From the IMG/VR virus record IMGVR_UViG_3300024341_000001: a stretch of 64,000 nt of DNA; one strand, 5' to 3'. The stretch's first letter is position 1. Every line of letters begins with the position of its first letter. Under the pieces are notes generated by a model. It was not told the origin of the DNA, ran no database searches, and saw only the letters and a list, made by a program, of their open reading frames with translations. This DNA comes from a virus (Duplodnaviria > Heunggongvirae > Uroviricota > Caudoviricetes). Shown in pieces: positions 30,801-39,030 of the stretch. A program made the position numbers and the translations under genes.

Positions 30801-30910
30801 CTGCGATGGGTTACGAAACTAATTTAAAAGGCACGGATCCAATGCCGGCTTATTTACAAGGTACCTCTTTCGGACAAGAACTAGATCCTGAAAAGAAGCA
30901 ATTTTATTAA
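24830..30910 (+). CDS. single-chain multisubunit-type RNA polymerase: fused beta (N-terminal) and beta-prime (C-terminal) modules
   Basis: Beta motifs: GYNFEDGIVV, GDKLAARYGDKGIVTKI, DILFNPHGVVGRMNMGQMLE, YYLKLLHIVEHKF. Beta-prime motifs: AIPVLPPIFRPIYPL, RQDLSARSTVTV, NRAPSLHKHNVQAF, and the catalytic NMDFDGD. The beta-prime zinc-finger cysteines appear absent. Confidence 0.85.
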   Translation: MPLSIPVHAESRGSAENKLNPARQNEFIQNALQQSIKRQFPVIGTHHTLELIGSPKIKDVLDDRDLPAQKETKLLGKTWQIPVYASFRLRDNQTNMIIDEIKDMKIANIPKLTDRFSMIIGGNEYTTINQFRLKPGVYTRQKENGEMESFFNLAVGYNFKMELDPAEGVFYLYVAKQRFHLYTLLNALGTTQQEMIKAWGQELFDKNKAAGINEAEKEIPLLYEKLRRQRLGYNEALENIRTYFDDTRMDPEVTKITLGDSYDRVSPTALLASATKLLKVMKGETPEDERDSLLFKQLYTVDEQLEEYFSKTTKDVVKNLRYRTDNKKNIREIISTDTYTEPIRKFFTTGDLSNPSPQTNPVEMASEWRKTTVTGTGAIQSEHSITFKTRDVHPTHLGYLDPLHTPEGHKVGVTLSLGLGVRKRGKDLTTTIIMPNGTQKEVTPIEFYDMKIGYPDQHEKGRAQHDQIKIMYRGQVDEVPKSEVDAYLLDPTSMFGWTTNLIPFLGTNSGNRAAVAAKMASQAVPLKNAESPLVKVQAPSGRTMDEILGMIATTRIRDDVGKGVVTAVDKDYITIKTDAGEKHKIGLYNDFPLNQDSFLQSTPLVKPGDRIKPFDVLAKNNFTDASGNYAYGINATVAYMPWYGYNFEDGIVVTESLANKLTSTVILKKSLQTSATGILDKQKFVSYFPEKINNINLAKLDETGVIKEGERVLPGEVLIAYLSRVELTDTEKILKQMHKVISNPYRDRSLIWDGEHEGIIKYVRRIGNSIIVWIYEEQPLVVGDKLAARYGDKGIVTKIISDDEAPYTKDGTRIDILFNPHGVVGRMNMGQMLETAAGKIAYKTGKPYIVKNFSGEDYLKNIIGELKNNKIPAEEILYTKDGKPMTKAPVFWGVKYYLKLLHIVEHKFKSRDIPGTYDANEQPAKGEEGGQSIDPLQTYALLAHGARQNLFEFAAVKSQKNDEYWRNLQLGFPPPRPQKNFVFDKMLSYMKAAGINVSKNGYKMKLFPATTKDVLTWSSGEIKDAGHMLRGKDLAEIEGGLFDPKLTGGGLKGTNWNHMLLAEPMPNPIFESAIQSLIGLNGRQYDQVMREELQIDGLTGTKLIHKLLRNIDVPKELLKTRKALQTAGPTQVNMLNKRVRYLQVLKDFKLAPEEAYIMKAIPVLPPIFRPIYPLPSGDLQVSPVNKHYHNISLINNQLKEIKKSGVDPTEFNKTNRVALYQGLRALDGLIDPITYTREKYEGLLKTLAGDSPKEGFIQNKVWGRRQDLSARSTVTVEPSIGIDQIGLPEPMLRSIMKPFVIRELVRQGYKPIEAIKQYREWSPIADQALNVVIKERPVLMNRAPSLHKHNVQAFYPERFDGMSIRVNPLIVKGLNMDFDGDTASIHVPVSEAAVNEAKDMLPSKNLHKAGDKEHMHQLSQDYQLGLYFLTVPGKNTRRTFKTAKDALRAGLDMQDQFIMHGKTITLGKLLVNSALPKELQDYKQEFDSKYVKNLIDVLYKNHPNEFGKIMDHFKNVGRQYAIDRGSTLSITDLAIDRSFRDRILNKYEKQITSKTPAEKRIELYMAAKKEIQHEQDKELKDKNRFYDMLRSGSTNKAGQITQILSMPGVVEDVHGNPIPFPIKKSWSEGVDTFDYWNQSYGARKGVVDKSINTQESGGLNKELLFNTKNLLVVEDDCGTPEYIEIAIDSKEIFDRYLAKTIGGVGVRNELVDVDLINKARRKKIELLPVRSPLLCESDGGVCIKCYGLMANGTPPRIGENVGILDAEAITERSTQLTLQTFHTGGVAGTKGGILAGFPRLKELLYVPQTVVDKAVLAEEAGIVKSILPNPAGGHDLYIQDKRYYIPHGLTIKVSVGQTIKKGDALTMGSIKPQELSQLKDHLTAQLYTADEINNIYDKKFARKSIETVIRGTSNFAEITDIPTDTPVTWLRGDTVPVTAVKKINRELALNGKPLIAYTPFFKSIDVLPLESEDWLSRLTTNRLKQTIQEGAAMGYETNLKGTDPMPAYLQGTSFGQELDPEKKQFY

Positions 30911-30915
30911 GATAA

Positions 30916-30948
30916 TAAAAAAAAATAGGGTACAACGTACCCTATTTT
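30916..30948. terminator. bidirectional rho-independent terminator
   Basis: A8-TAGGGTAC-aac-GTACCCTA-TTTTA between convergent genes. Confidence 0.6.
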
Positions 30949-31420
30949 AATCTAGTGGAGCCCCTAACCTAAATGTCTTAATTAAGACAACGTGGAACCC
31001 CATTATATTTTGAATCTTAAAATAACTATTGATACTATTTGACAATTTTCCGACAATTTCATATCGATCACCAAGTAGAAAAAAATGTTTGGCTCCTTTA
31101 ATTAGATCGATAGAAAGTCTATTATTTAAGACATCGTCAATATGAAATTCTGTTGGAAATTGTTCTATCTCATTGGGACTTATTACAAAACGCGCTAAAA
31201 AATTAAAATCTGGTTCTGTTGTTAACAGTTGCGTAGATGTCAAAGTTTTAGCATCATGTTCAGAGTGTCCTTGACTTAGTATATCCGGTGTACCACGTGT
31301 AATATTTGCCCAATCTAATAACCAGTAATTTATTTTATCTGTGCATGTTGCCATACAATATCTAAGGCCAATGCAGTTCCTTTTCTGGGCCCCAAAGCAG
31401 TGACCTTTAAATTTTTCCAC
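30947..31420 (-). CDS. hypothetical protein
   Basis: ORF only. Confidence 0.35.
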   Translation of the reverse strand: MEKFKGHCFGAQKRNCIGLRYCMATCTDKINYWLLDWANITRGTPDILSQGHSEHDAKTLTSTQLLTTEPDFNFLARFVISPNEIEQFPTEFHIDDVLNNRLSIDLIKGAKHFFLLGDRYEIVGKLSNSINSYFKIQNIMGFHVVLIKTFRLGAPLD

Positions 31421-32301
31421 TCGGGTTCGCCGCTGACTTTTTTCTCACCGATATTTAATTCTTTGGTGTCTACGTAATTATATACATTTAAGTCAGAGTT
31501 ATAAATATTTGAGTTGCAAATTGTTATAAAGTGCTTTGTTGTGTTTTTGATTTTACGTGCAATAATCACACGAACCACGTTTGGACGAAATTCAAATAAC
31601 TGCTGTGCTATAAGATCGTCTGCGCCATAGCGATCGGTTTTTGATCGAATAAGTACAGAACGGTCATTTTCATGTAATATATCATACTTCAATTCATCGG
31701 GATAAGTACGAAGCACCGGCTCGATATTATCGAAATCTTTTACAACTGCCTCTGTAAGATCCAGAAGAGATAATTCGCATAACTCAGTTCGAGATTTCCC
31801 GACATAATCGTAGAAAGGATATGGATGTATTTTTAATAAATAATTTAAGAGTCTTGGATTGCTGGTTTTTACAAAATTGTATCTATTCGCAGTCCATTCG
31901 TTTAATTCAGTTAATAATGCTGATAATTTTGTTCCGGATAACAGTAATTTTTGTCTGTGTTTCTTATCCATTAATGCCAAAGCTATTGCATCATCTACTG
32001 TGACATCAAACACCGGTCTATATACATAATTAGGATCCCAATCAGGTAATTGTTTTACAAAATTATACACCTGCATTGCAACTGAAGTAGTTGAATTACG
32101 TTGATCCTGCTTTAGTAGCCTGGGTATACCAAAAACTACCACGCCTTTAGAATGTATAATACGATGTTCGGGTACGCCGGGTTGCATCGAGATCGTCTGG
32201 TTATCTTCCTTTAAATGGATTCCAATACCAGCGTCCCCGGGTTGTAGAATGAATTGTGAACCTGCTGCTAATTCACGTACGTCAAATAAAAACAGTTTCA
32301 T
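31330..32301 (-). CDS. hypothetical protein
   Basis: Immediately downstream of the Clp ATPase gene. Confidence 0.4.
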   Translation of the reverse strand: MKLFLFDVRELAAGSQFILQPGDAGIGIHLKEDNQTISMQPGVPEHRIIHSKGVVVFGIPRLLKQDQRNSTTSVAMQVYNFVKQLPDWDPNYVYRPVFDVTVDDAIALALMDKKHRQKLLLSGTKLSALLTELNEWTANRYNFVKTSNPRLLNYLLKIHPYPFYDYVGKSRTELCELSLLDLTEAVVKDFDNIEPVLRTYPDELKYDILHENDRSVLIRSKTDRYGADDLIAQQLFEFRPNVVRVIIARKIKNTTKHFITICNSNIYNSDLNVYNYVDTKELNIGEKKVSGEPEWKNLKVTALGPRKGTALALDIVWQHAQIK

Positions 32302-34481
32302 TATATTTCCTGTTCTTTTACTATAATTTGTGGTGTAACTTTAATCGTGTCTTCAACAACAGCTGCATCGAATAAATCTAGTTCCGGAGAATCTATTAAT
32401 AGATCAGCTATTGGGGATTCGATTTTATTTTGTACAAGTCTGCGTAGAGGACGAGCTCCATATTCCTTAGAATAGCCATTAGCAACTAGATAATCAGTTG
32501 CTTCTGGGGATAAAATTACTTGTACACTCATTTGTTTTAAATATAACTCTAAAATTTTCTTTACAGCCTCTTGAGATAAATCATTATAATGTACTATCTC
32601 ATCGATTCTGTTCAAAAATTCTGGACGAAAATGGGTTTTTAACGCTTCGTTGCGTTTTGCGTCTTTGGACTTTTTATCATTATCGTTGCTAAATCCGAGT
32701 TTAGATTTAGCTGCTTCTACCGTACCTATATTAGAGGTCATTAGAAGAATTGTATTTTTAAAGTTAACATTTTTTCCACGTCCATCTGTTAAAATACCGT
32801 CGTCAAAAACTTGTAGAAACACGTTAAACACATCATGGTGTGCTTTTTCCACTTCATCTAACAATACAATAGAATATGGTTTTTGTCGCACGCGTTCAGT
32901 TAATTGGCCGCCTTCATCATAACCAACATAGCCAGGAGGTGATCCTATTAATTTAGATATAGAATGAGCTTCAGACAGTTCACTCATATCCACACGTAGC
33001 AAAGCATCTTCGGAATCAAATAAACATTTAGCAAGTTGTTTTGCTGTCTCTGTCTTACCAACACCAGTTGGACCTAGTAGTAACGCACTGAATGGTTTTT
33101 TTACATTTTGTACGCCTGTTCGTGCGCGTTTGACTGCTTTTACTAACATAGCTATTGCTTCTTCTTGCCCAACAACAACTTTATTTAGATTGCTTTCCAA
33201 ATCCTTTAAGCGATCCCGTTCCGATTGCCCGATAGAAGTCATCGGTACGCCAGTCATCGTAGATACCACTTTACGTACTGTCTCTTCAGTAACTTCGGAT
33301 TGTTCAGATATGTGCGCAACACTACCTGCTTCATCAAATATATCAATAGCTTTATCAGGTAAATATCTGTCAGTGATATAACGATCGCTGAGATTAACAA
33401 TCATGTTGGTTAATCCTTCAGCATATTTTACTTTATGATATTCCTCGTAAAGCGGTGTTATTTGATTTAAAATAGTTATAGTTTCTTCTATTGTAGGTGG
33501 ATTTACAGTGAGTTTTTGAAATCGACGTTCAAGCGCCGGATCGCGTTCAATATACTTACGATAATCATCGTACGTAGTTGAACCAATACACTGTATTTCG
33601 CCGCGTGCTAACGCAGGTTTAAGCATGTTAGCCGCATCTCCGGTACCTTCGGGTCCACCTGATCCAATCAAAGTATGAACTTCGTCTATAAAAACTATTA
33701 TATCTTTATTCTTTTGAAGTTCGTCAATAACGGCTTTTAGTCTTTCCTCAAATTGACCTCTCAGCTTAGTGCCCTCCACGATAGATGCCATATTTAAAGA
33801 GACAATGCGCTTTCCCTGCAACGAGTGGGCTACTTCGCCTTTTGCCAATTTTAAAGCTAGCCCCTCGACAATCGCAGATTTTCCGACCCCCGGCTCACCG
33901 ACAAGAATAGGATTATTCTTCTTACGACGCCCTAAAATTTCCGTTATACGATTTATTTCCTTCATCCTATTTACTACCGGATCAAGTTTTGCCTCTGATG
34001 CAAGTTTTGTTAAATCGATGGAAAATGCGTCTAATGCGGGTGTTGCATTATCAGTGGGCTCAGCATTAGTTTTAGGCTCGGTTGTTGAAACATTGGTACG
34101 CACATTAAATCCGTGTCGTTCCAATACTAATTGTGCTGTACAACCAGCTTGCGCCGCTAGCGCAAGTAAAAAATCTTTGCTGTCTGCATTAGCAAAACGT
34201 CGTAACTGTAGTAAAGCCTGTGAAACTGGTTTAGATAACAAGATGTTACCTTCTACCGTCACTGAAGATGAGTTCTGATTAATTATCTTTCTAAGAGCAA
34301 TCTGCAAGGTTGGCACAGATAGCTGTTTCGCTAAAAAACTATAGCCAGCTGTTTTTAGTTGTATAATGGCTAAGAGAATGTGTTCACTCTCTATTGTTGG
34401 ATTACCAGCATCAATTGCTAATTCTCTTGCTAAATGTAAAGAATTAGCAATATCTGCTGAATATGGATTTTGTTGATCCAT
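32301..34481 (-). CDS. ClpA/ClpB-family AAA+ chaperone ATPase (ClpA-like, two AAA modules)
   Basis: N-terminal Clp repeat, Walker A1 LVGEPGVGKSAI, Walker A2 LLLGPTGVGKTETAK, and sensor/arginine-finger regions. Confidence 0.8.
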   Translation of the reverse strand: MDQQNPYSADIANSLHLARELAIDAGNPTIESEHILLAIIQLKTAGYSFLAKQLSVPTLQIALRKIINQNSSSVTVEGNILLSKPVSQALLQLRRFANADSKDFLLALAAQAGCTAQLVLERHGFNVRTNVSTTEPKTNAEPTDNATPALDAFSIDLTKLASEAKLDPVVNRMKEINRITEILGRRKKNNPILVGEPGVGKSAIVEGLALKLAKGEVAHSLQGKRIVSLNMASIVEGTKLRGQFEERLKAVIDELQKNKDIIVFIDEVHTLIGSGGPEGTGDAANMLKPALARGEIQCIGSTTYDDYRKYIERDPALERRFQKLTVNPPTIEETITILNQITPLYEEYHKVKYAEGLTNMIVNLSDRYITDRYLPDKAIDIFDEAGSVAHISEQSEVTEETVRKVVSTMTGVPMTSIGQSERDRLKDLESNLNKVVVGQEEAIAMLVKAVKRARTGVQNVKKPFSALLLGPTGVGKTETAKQLAKCLFDSEDALLRVDMSELSEAHSISKLIGSPPGYVGYDEGGQLTERVRQKPYSIVLLDEVEKAHHDVFNVFLQVFDDGILTDGRGKNVNFKNTILLMTSNIGTVEAAKSKLGFSNDNDKKSKDAKRNEALKTHFRPEFLNRIDEIVHYNDLSQEAVKKILELYLKQMSVQVILSPEATDYLVANGYSKEYGARPLRRLVQNKIESPIADLLIDSPELDLFDAAVVEDTIKVTPQIIVKEQEI

Positions 34482-34488
34482 TCTTTAT

Positions 34489-36606
34489 TTATGTTCCTTT
34501 TTGTTTTTGAAGTTTTATTAATCCACCTGGATCTATTTCCCAAGCATCCAGTCCGTTTTTATGTGTTCGTTTTAATTTCAAATAACCATATTGTTGCATA
34601 CGTTCCCGAAAACTTTTAACATTGGAATTTGTAACTCCTACAGCGTCAATCAAATGTCGAAGATCCGCAGTGCTCACGGTATCAAATGGCCCTATAGTTT
34701 CAATAGGTTGACCCATTCGGTCTTTACGTACTACACCGTTGATGCAAGCCAAGAATACCTGGTCACATTCATAATCTAAGGCTGTGCGTGAATTTTCAAA
34801 CTGGCTCCGCAATAAATCTGTAATTGGCACAGGTATTGCGTATCTATTATTGCGTAAGTCTCCACGTGATCGCCAAGCCTCATAACGTCTTCGAAGTTCT
34901 GTACGAATATAATGACCGGCGCGTTCTTTTAATTCGGTGCCAATCATTGCATTCATAGGACCTTTACGTTTCTCTAAATGATACATAAAGAATTGATTTT
35001 CAGATGCTTCAGTCGGGCATTCATGTTCAATTAAGTACATAGGAACGCTTTCATTCGTTAGTAGTACAACACATACATTATTAGCTACTTGATACTCTGC
35101 TTTGTGCTTTTTATTTACTCGAAGATCGCTGCGACCGGTTATAGCCTTTAATTTTACATATTGTTCCTTCTTATTGTTGATAGCTTCGTCAACTAACAAT
35201 AATCTCTTTTCAAAGTAACTTGTAAATTGACTATTATTGCCATCCCAATCAGCGTGACAATCGCGGAAAAAGTTAGACATGAATTCAGCCACTGTAGTTT
35301 TACCTGACCCACGTGGACCGGTTAAAACTAGTACCGGCACCTTTCCATGATTATGATATGCAAATACCGCCAAGTAATCTTTAAAGAACTCGTTATATTC
35401 TGGCTCTATTATCATACTGTTTATCCAGTTATTAATATAATCATTATCTTGTATCTGAACTGGAACCGGCGGTACATTAATTTCCAAGGTTGTCCCACCA
35501 TCAACATACGACCAATTTAATTTTTCGGTATAGCCATTATACAACTTCTGTAATTTAAAATCTTCTGCAGCGAACAATCGATTTTTTGATAGCCAGTTTT
35601 GCAAGCGACGCGAATCATCGGGCGCCAAATGATTGATGTAAGCTATTGGCATCTTTACTAGGTTTATACTTTTTTGGGTTTCTTTGATACAATATAGCTT
35701 ATCTTCAATATATAAAAGATTATTATATTTTTCACTTAGAGGTAAATAATATTTTCCTTCGTTGCCTTCATGCACGCTTTCACAGTGATCGCACACAAGA
35801 ATCGGAAACCCCTCTATATTAAATGTTATGTGTGCAGAGGGACCTGCCGAATTTATATCATCACAAAACGGGCAATATATACTGTGTGTTGCTTCTTCAA
35901 TGTCGCGTATGCGTACTTTAGTAATTTTGTCCTTCAATACTACTTCTGTTTCCCAGGTAATATATTTTCTATTTGGATCGCCCAATACCGCATTTTTATT
36001 TTTATGTAGTTTTCGTGCGGCCTCCATTTGAATAAGCATATCTACTAATTCACCATCATCTACCTCATAATATAATCCGGTGTCATTGATATGAATCTCA
36101 AGTAATTGCGGATAGGTTGTATTTAGAAATGGAAAATATTTTCTGGCTGGTTCTGCGCATGCGCTGTCCACAAACGGGTATTTCTTGATAATAAGTGCAT
36201 ATAGCGCAGAAGCTTTACTTAAATCTTTAAACTTTGGATATTTATCAGGATTGCCTGGCAAGATAATTCTAAATCGATCTTGTATACCACCTTTTTTCTC
36301 GAGGTCAGCACGATGGCTGGTGCTAGTGTGTATGATATAATTGTAATTTTTAAATATCTCTTTTGCCGCATCTATTGATTTGCCGTTATCAATATCTACT
36401 GTTATGCCGTATAATCCAGAAAAATTACGTTTACTACATTTACCGCTTTCCCAATAATTGGTGCTATACAATCTAGTTGTGAAAAGTTCTTTTAAATTCG
36501 TATCGTTATTTACATCAAATTCTTGTGTTAAAAATTCTGTAACTAACGTACCTTCTGTTTTTGTTTTAATTTGGGTCTTAGAGACCGAAAGTGTAAGTTT
36601 AAACAT
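34489..36606 (-). CDS. DNA primase/helicase-like P-loop NTPase (D5/P4-type)
   Basis: Walker A VLVLTGPRGSGKTTV, Walker B LLLVDE, an internal zinc finger CPFC...CDHC, and a large N-terminal domain. Confidence 0.45.
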   Translation of the reverse strand: MFKLTLSVSKTQIKTKTEGTLVTEFLTQEFDVNNDTNLKELFTTRLYSTNYWESGKCSKRNFSGLYGITVDIDNGKSIDAAKEIFKNYNYIIHTSTSHRADLEKKGGIQDRFRIILPGNPDKYPKFKDLSKASALYALIIKKYPFVDSACAEPARKYFPFLNTTYPQLLEIHINDTGLYYEVDDGELVDMLIQMEAARKLHKNKNAVLGDPNRKYITWETEVVLKDKITKVRIRDIEEATHSIYCPFCDDINSAGPSAHITFNIEGFPILVCDHCESVHEGNEGKYYLPLSEKYNNLLYIEDKLYCIKETQKSINLVKMPIAYINHLAPDDSRRLQNWLSKNRLFAAEDFKLQKLYNGYTEKLNWSYVDGGTTLEINVPPVPVQIQDNDYINNWINSMIIEPEYNEFFKDYLAVFAYHNHGKVPVLVLTGPRGSGKTTVAEFMSNFFRDCHADWDGNNSQFTSYFEKRLLLVDEAINNKKEQYVKLKAITGRSDLRVNKKHKAEYQVANNVCVVLLTNESVPMYLIEHECPTEASENQFFMYHLEKRKGPMNAMIGTELKERAGHYIRTELRRRYEAWRSRGDLRNNRYAIPVPITDLLRSQFENSRTALDYECDQVFLACINGVVRKDRMGQPIETIGPFDTVSTADLRHLIDAVGVTNSNVKSFRERMQQYGYLKLKRTHKNGLDAWEIDPGGLIKLQKQKGT

Positions 36607-36652
36607 ATAGCTCCTAATTGAAGCTTTAATATACGAAAATTTTTCTATTAAG

Positions 36653-37123
36653 TCAACTTAAGTTTTTTTCAACAAAACTTTTAAATTTTTCGTACTTCAT
36701 CTTGAATTCGTCTATGGTGATCTCGGTGCTTTCTGCAAGTTTATCACCATCGATATAGTACATATCTGGATTTGACGGAGGCGTGCACATCTCCATATAA
36801 TTTAAGCTGCCGTCGTCTTTAAAATACTCTGTTATTTGCAGACCATTAGCAATATCGCTATATGACGTAATTTCGGCATCCGGATCAGTACTCGTTATGA
36901 GTATATATGAGATCGATTTTACATTGTTTGGGTCAATATCATCAGGAATGGAAAAAGCCTTTCCCACCAAAGTATTTATATCAAGAGCTTGAAGTTTTTG
37001 TGCTTCTTCTGCACGCTGTAATTCTCGTGAAATCTCTGCTTTTTCTGCAGTTAATTCCCTAATCGCTGTAGTCAGCGCATTGGCATCGTATGATTCGTAA
37101 TCAATATATTTTCTTCGTTTCAT
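36653..37123 (-). CDS. hypothetical protein
   Basis: ORF only. Confidence 0.35.
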   Translation of the reverse strand: MKRRKYIDYESYDANALTTAIRELTAEKAEISRELQRAEEAQKLQALDINTLVGKAFSIPDDIDPNNVKSISYILITSTDPDAEITSYSDIANGLQITEYFKDDGSLNYMEMCTPPSNPDMYYIDGDKLAESTEITIDEFKMKYEKFKSFVEKNLS

Positions 37124-37578
37124 ATTTCTAATGTTATTGTGTGATCGTCTTCTCTGTATGTAGTAAATATAGTGGTTTCAAGCAAATCTATTATAGTTAT
37201 CTCATCCAATTGTCGCGCAAGTTGTATACAGATACTATAAGATATCCAGTGTTGATCTGGTATTGCGAAAGAATAAATTCTGGACAAATCTTCAAAAATA
37301 TTTTGCAACGTATGTTCTCGTACCACGGGGATAATTTTTTTCTTGATATTTATGCTTTTTATCTCCTGGCCCGAGATGTAATAATTTTGTTTATTATGTA
37401 TATAAGGACCAGTCTCGGACCGTACTATGAAATGATCGGCACGCGTCCGAATACGGCGGTAAACTGTTTGGTTGGATCGAAACAATTGCCATCGATCCCT
37501 GTTCGAGATATGATTCTTGTGATTTGTAAGTGCAACACTTTGTTGCGTAAAAGAATTATCTGCCTCTTGTGTGGTCAT
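37120..37578 (-). CDS. hypothetical protein
   Basis: Overlapping start. Confidence 0.35.
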   Translation of the reverse strand: MTTQEADNSFTQQSVALTNHKNHISNRDRWQLFRSNQTVYRRIRTRADHFIVRSETGPYIHNKQNYYISGQEIKSINIKKKIIPVVREHTLQNIFEDLSRIYSFAIPDQHWISYSICIQLARQLDEITIIDLLETTIFTTYREDDHTITLEI

Positions 37579-37943
37579 GATGTGCTGTATAATAATAATT
37601 TTTTAGGACGTTTATTTAATTCTGAAATGACTTTTTTTAATAACACCATTTCTTTTGTATTAAGATTTTCCGACTTCATTGCGAAAGTGAGTTTTTTAAT
37701 TAATTTAACTTTGTATTTCTTCCAGTCTGCATTTAATTTAGCTTGTTTTGGATAAGTAATATTGTCATAACGTAACTGAAATCCAGGTATACTTTTATAA
37801 TACACACCTGCATATACCGGAGGATTGGCATCACCCGAATAAGCACTTTCCAGCAAGCCCATATCATAGGCCAGCGTCAAATGAGCTTCATTTTGACGTG
37901 GTGTAAAATCAATTCCATATACTGTTAAATAAATAGGATACAT
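37575..37943 (-). CDS. hypothetical protein
   Basis: Overlapping start. Confidence 0.35.
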   Translation of the reverse strand: MYPIYLTVYGIDFTPRQNEAHLTLAYDMGLLESAYSGDANPPVYAGVYYKSIPGFQLRYDNITYPKQAKLNADWKKYKVKLIKKLTFAMKSENLNTKEMVLLKKVISELNKRPKKLLLYSTS

Positions 37944-37960
37944 ATGCTCTTATACCACAT

Positions 37961-37989
37961 TTGATTTTTCGATATTTTTTGCGTATATT
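37961..37989 (+). promoter_or_regulatory. sigma70-like promoter TTGATT-N17-TATATT, 6 nt from the ATG (leaderless)
   Basis: TTGATTTTTCGATATTTTTTGCGTATATTTATTATATG is nearly identical to the promoter at 9834-9862. Confidence 0.5.
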
Positions 37990-37995
37990 TATTAT

Positions 37996-38619
37996 ATGAA
38001 GATAAACGTGTTAATTACGTGTTATAACAACGAAGACCACTTGCCGGTTCTTTTGGGTGTGCTACAAACTTACAAAACCCTACAACCACAAGTGGGTATT
38101 ATATATGCCGGAACAGACAAAAATTTTGTATGCAATGTACGCATAGCCGGAACTAAACCGCATTCGCGTGAATTGGCTATGATAGTCGAGGGAATGAAAT
38201 GGTTTAAAAGCAAATATCCTGAAACCCCACACTATATAAAATTAAGTGCACATGTTTGGCCACTTGATGAAGAAAAACTAATAAAATTAATTGCGGATTT
38301 TGATGCATCACATCGATGCTATGCGGGAAATAAATGGCATCATAATCTAGAGGGTAGTTTATCCTCCGACTTTTTTTTATTAAATACTGATTATGGTAAT
38401 GTATTCAAAGATTTAACGCAAGTTATAAATGATACTGAAGTAACTATATATCGTGCATTAAAAGAAAAGAACAAATATCCTTATTTAATACCAGAGCGCG
38501 CTCCAGTGTTTTGGAATAATTTTCATCAATGTGAAAAACTCTGTATGACGCTGCGACCAAAATTAGAAGAAAACTTAGAAGCTGTCAAGCGGTTAAAAAA
38601 AGAGATTACGATTCTGTAA
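37996..38619 (+). CDS. hypothetical protein (leaderless transcript likely)
   Basis: ORF with no SD and the promoter immediately upstream. Confidence 0.4.
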   Translation: MKINVLITCYNNEDHLPVLLGVLQTYKTLQPQVGIIYAGTDKNFVCNVRIAGTKPHSRELAMIVEGMKWFKSKYPETPHYIKLSAHVWPLDEEKLIKLIADFDASHRCYAGNKWHHNLEGSLSSDFFLLNTDYGNVFKDLTQVINDTEVTIYRALKEKNKYPYLIPERAPVFWNNFHQCEKLCMTLRPKLEENLEAVKRLKKEITIL

Positions 38620-38824
38620 TCTCTTTTACTTCTACTATTGCGGCTATTTGATCCCATATAATAAAAACTTTATTTGCGTCCATTGAGGTAAATTCAAAAT
38701 ATTCTAGTGGGCCTGAAATTTGCGTCATATATTGGTCTATGAAGGTTAGCAATTGGTTGCTACCCCCGTCAAAAGAAATAGGGATTATAGCGCCGGATTT
38801 TAGATATATATCATAAACTCTCAA
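38606..38824 (-). CDS. small hypothetical protein
   Basis: ORF only. Confidence 0.25.
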   Translation of the reverse strand: MRVYDIYLKSGAIIPISFDGGSNQLLTFIDQYMTQISGPLEYFEFTSMDANKVFIIWDQIAAIVEVKEITES

Positions 38825-39030
38825 ATTATTTCGATCTCCCGCTGGTTAAACCAGATTATTCCGACTCCCTGCTTTGGGGCTTTAACTCCAAACATAGTTG
38901 TATCCCCAATAATTTTTGTCTTGGAAACATAAGCAATGTCTCCAAATTTAAATCCATATTTTTCGCCAGTTACTAATATCTTTACTTGCATAAGTAAAAG
39001 GGAGATGATGACCTATCTCCCTAATATTAA

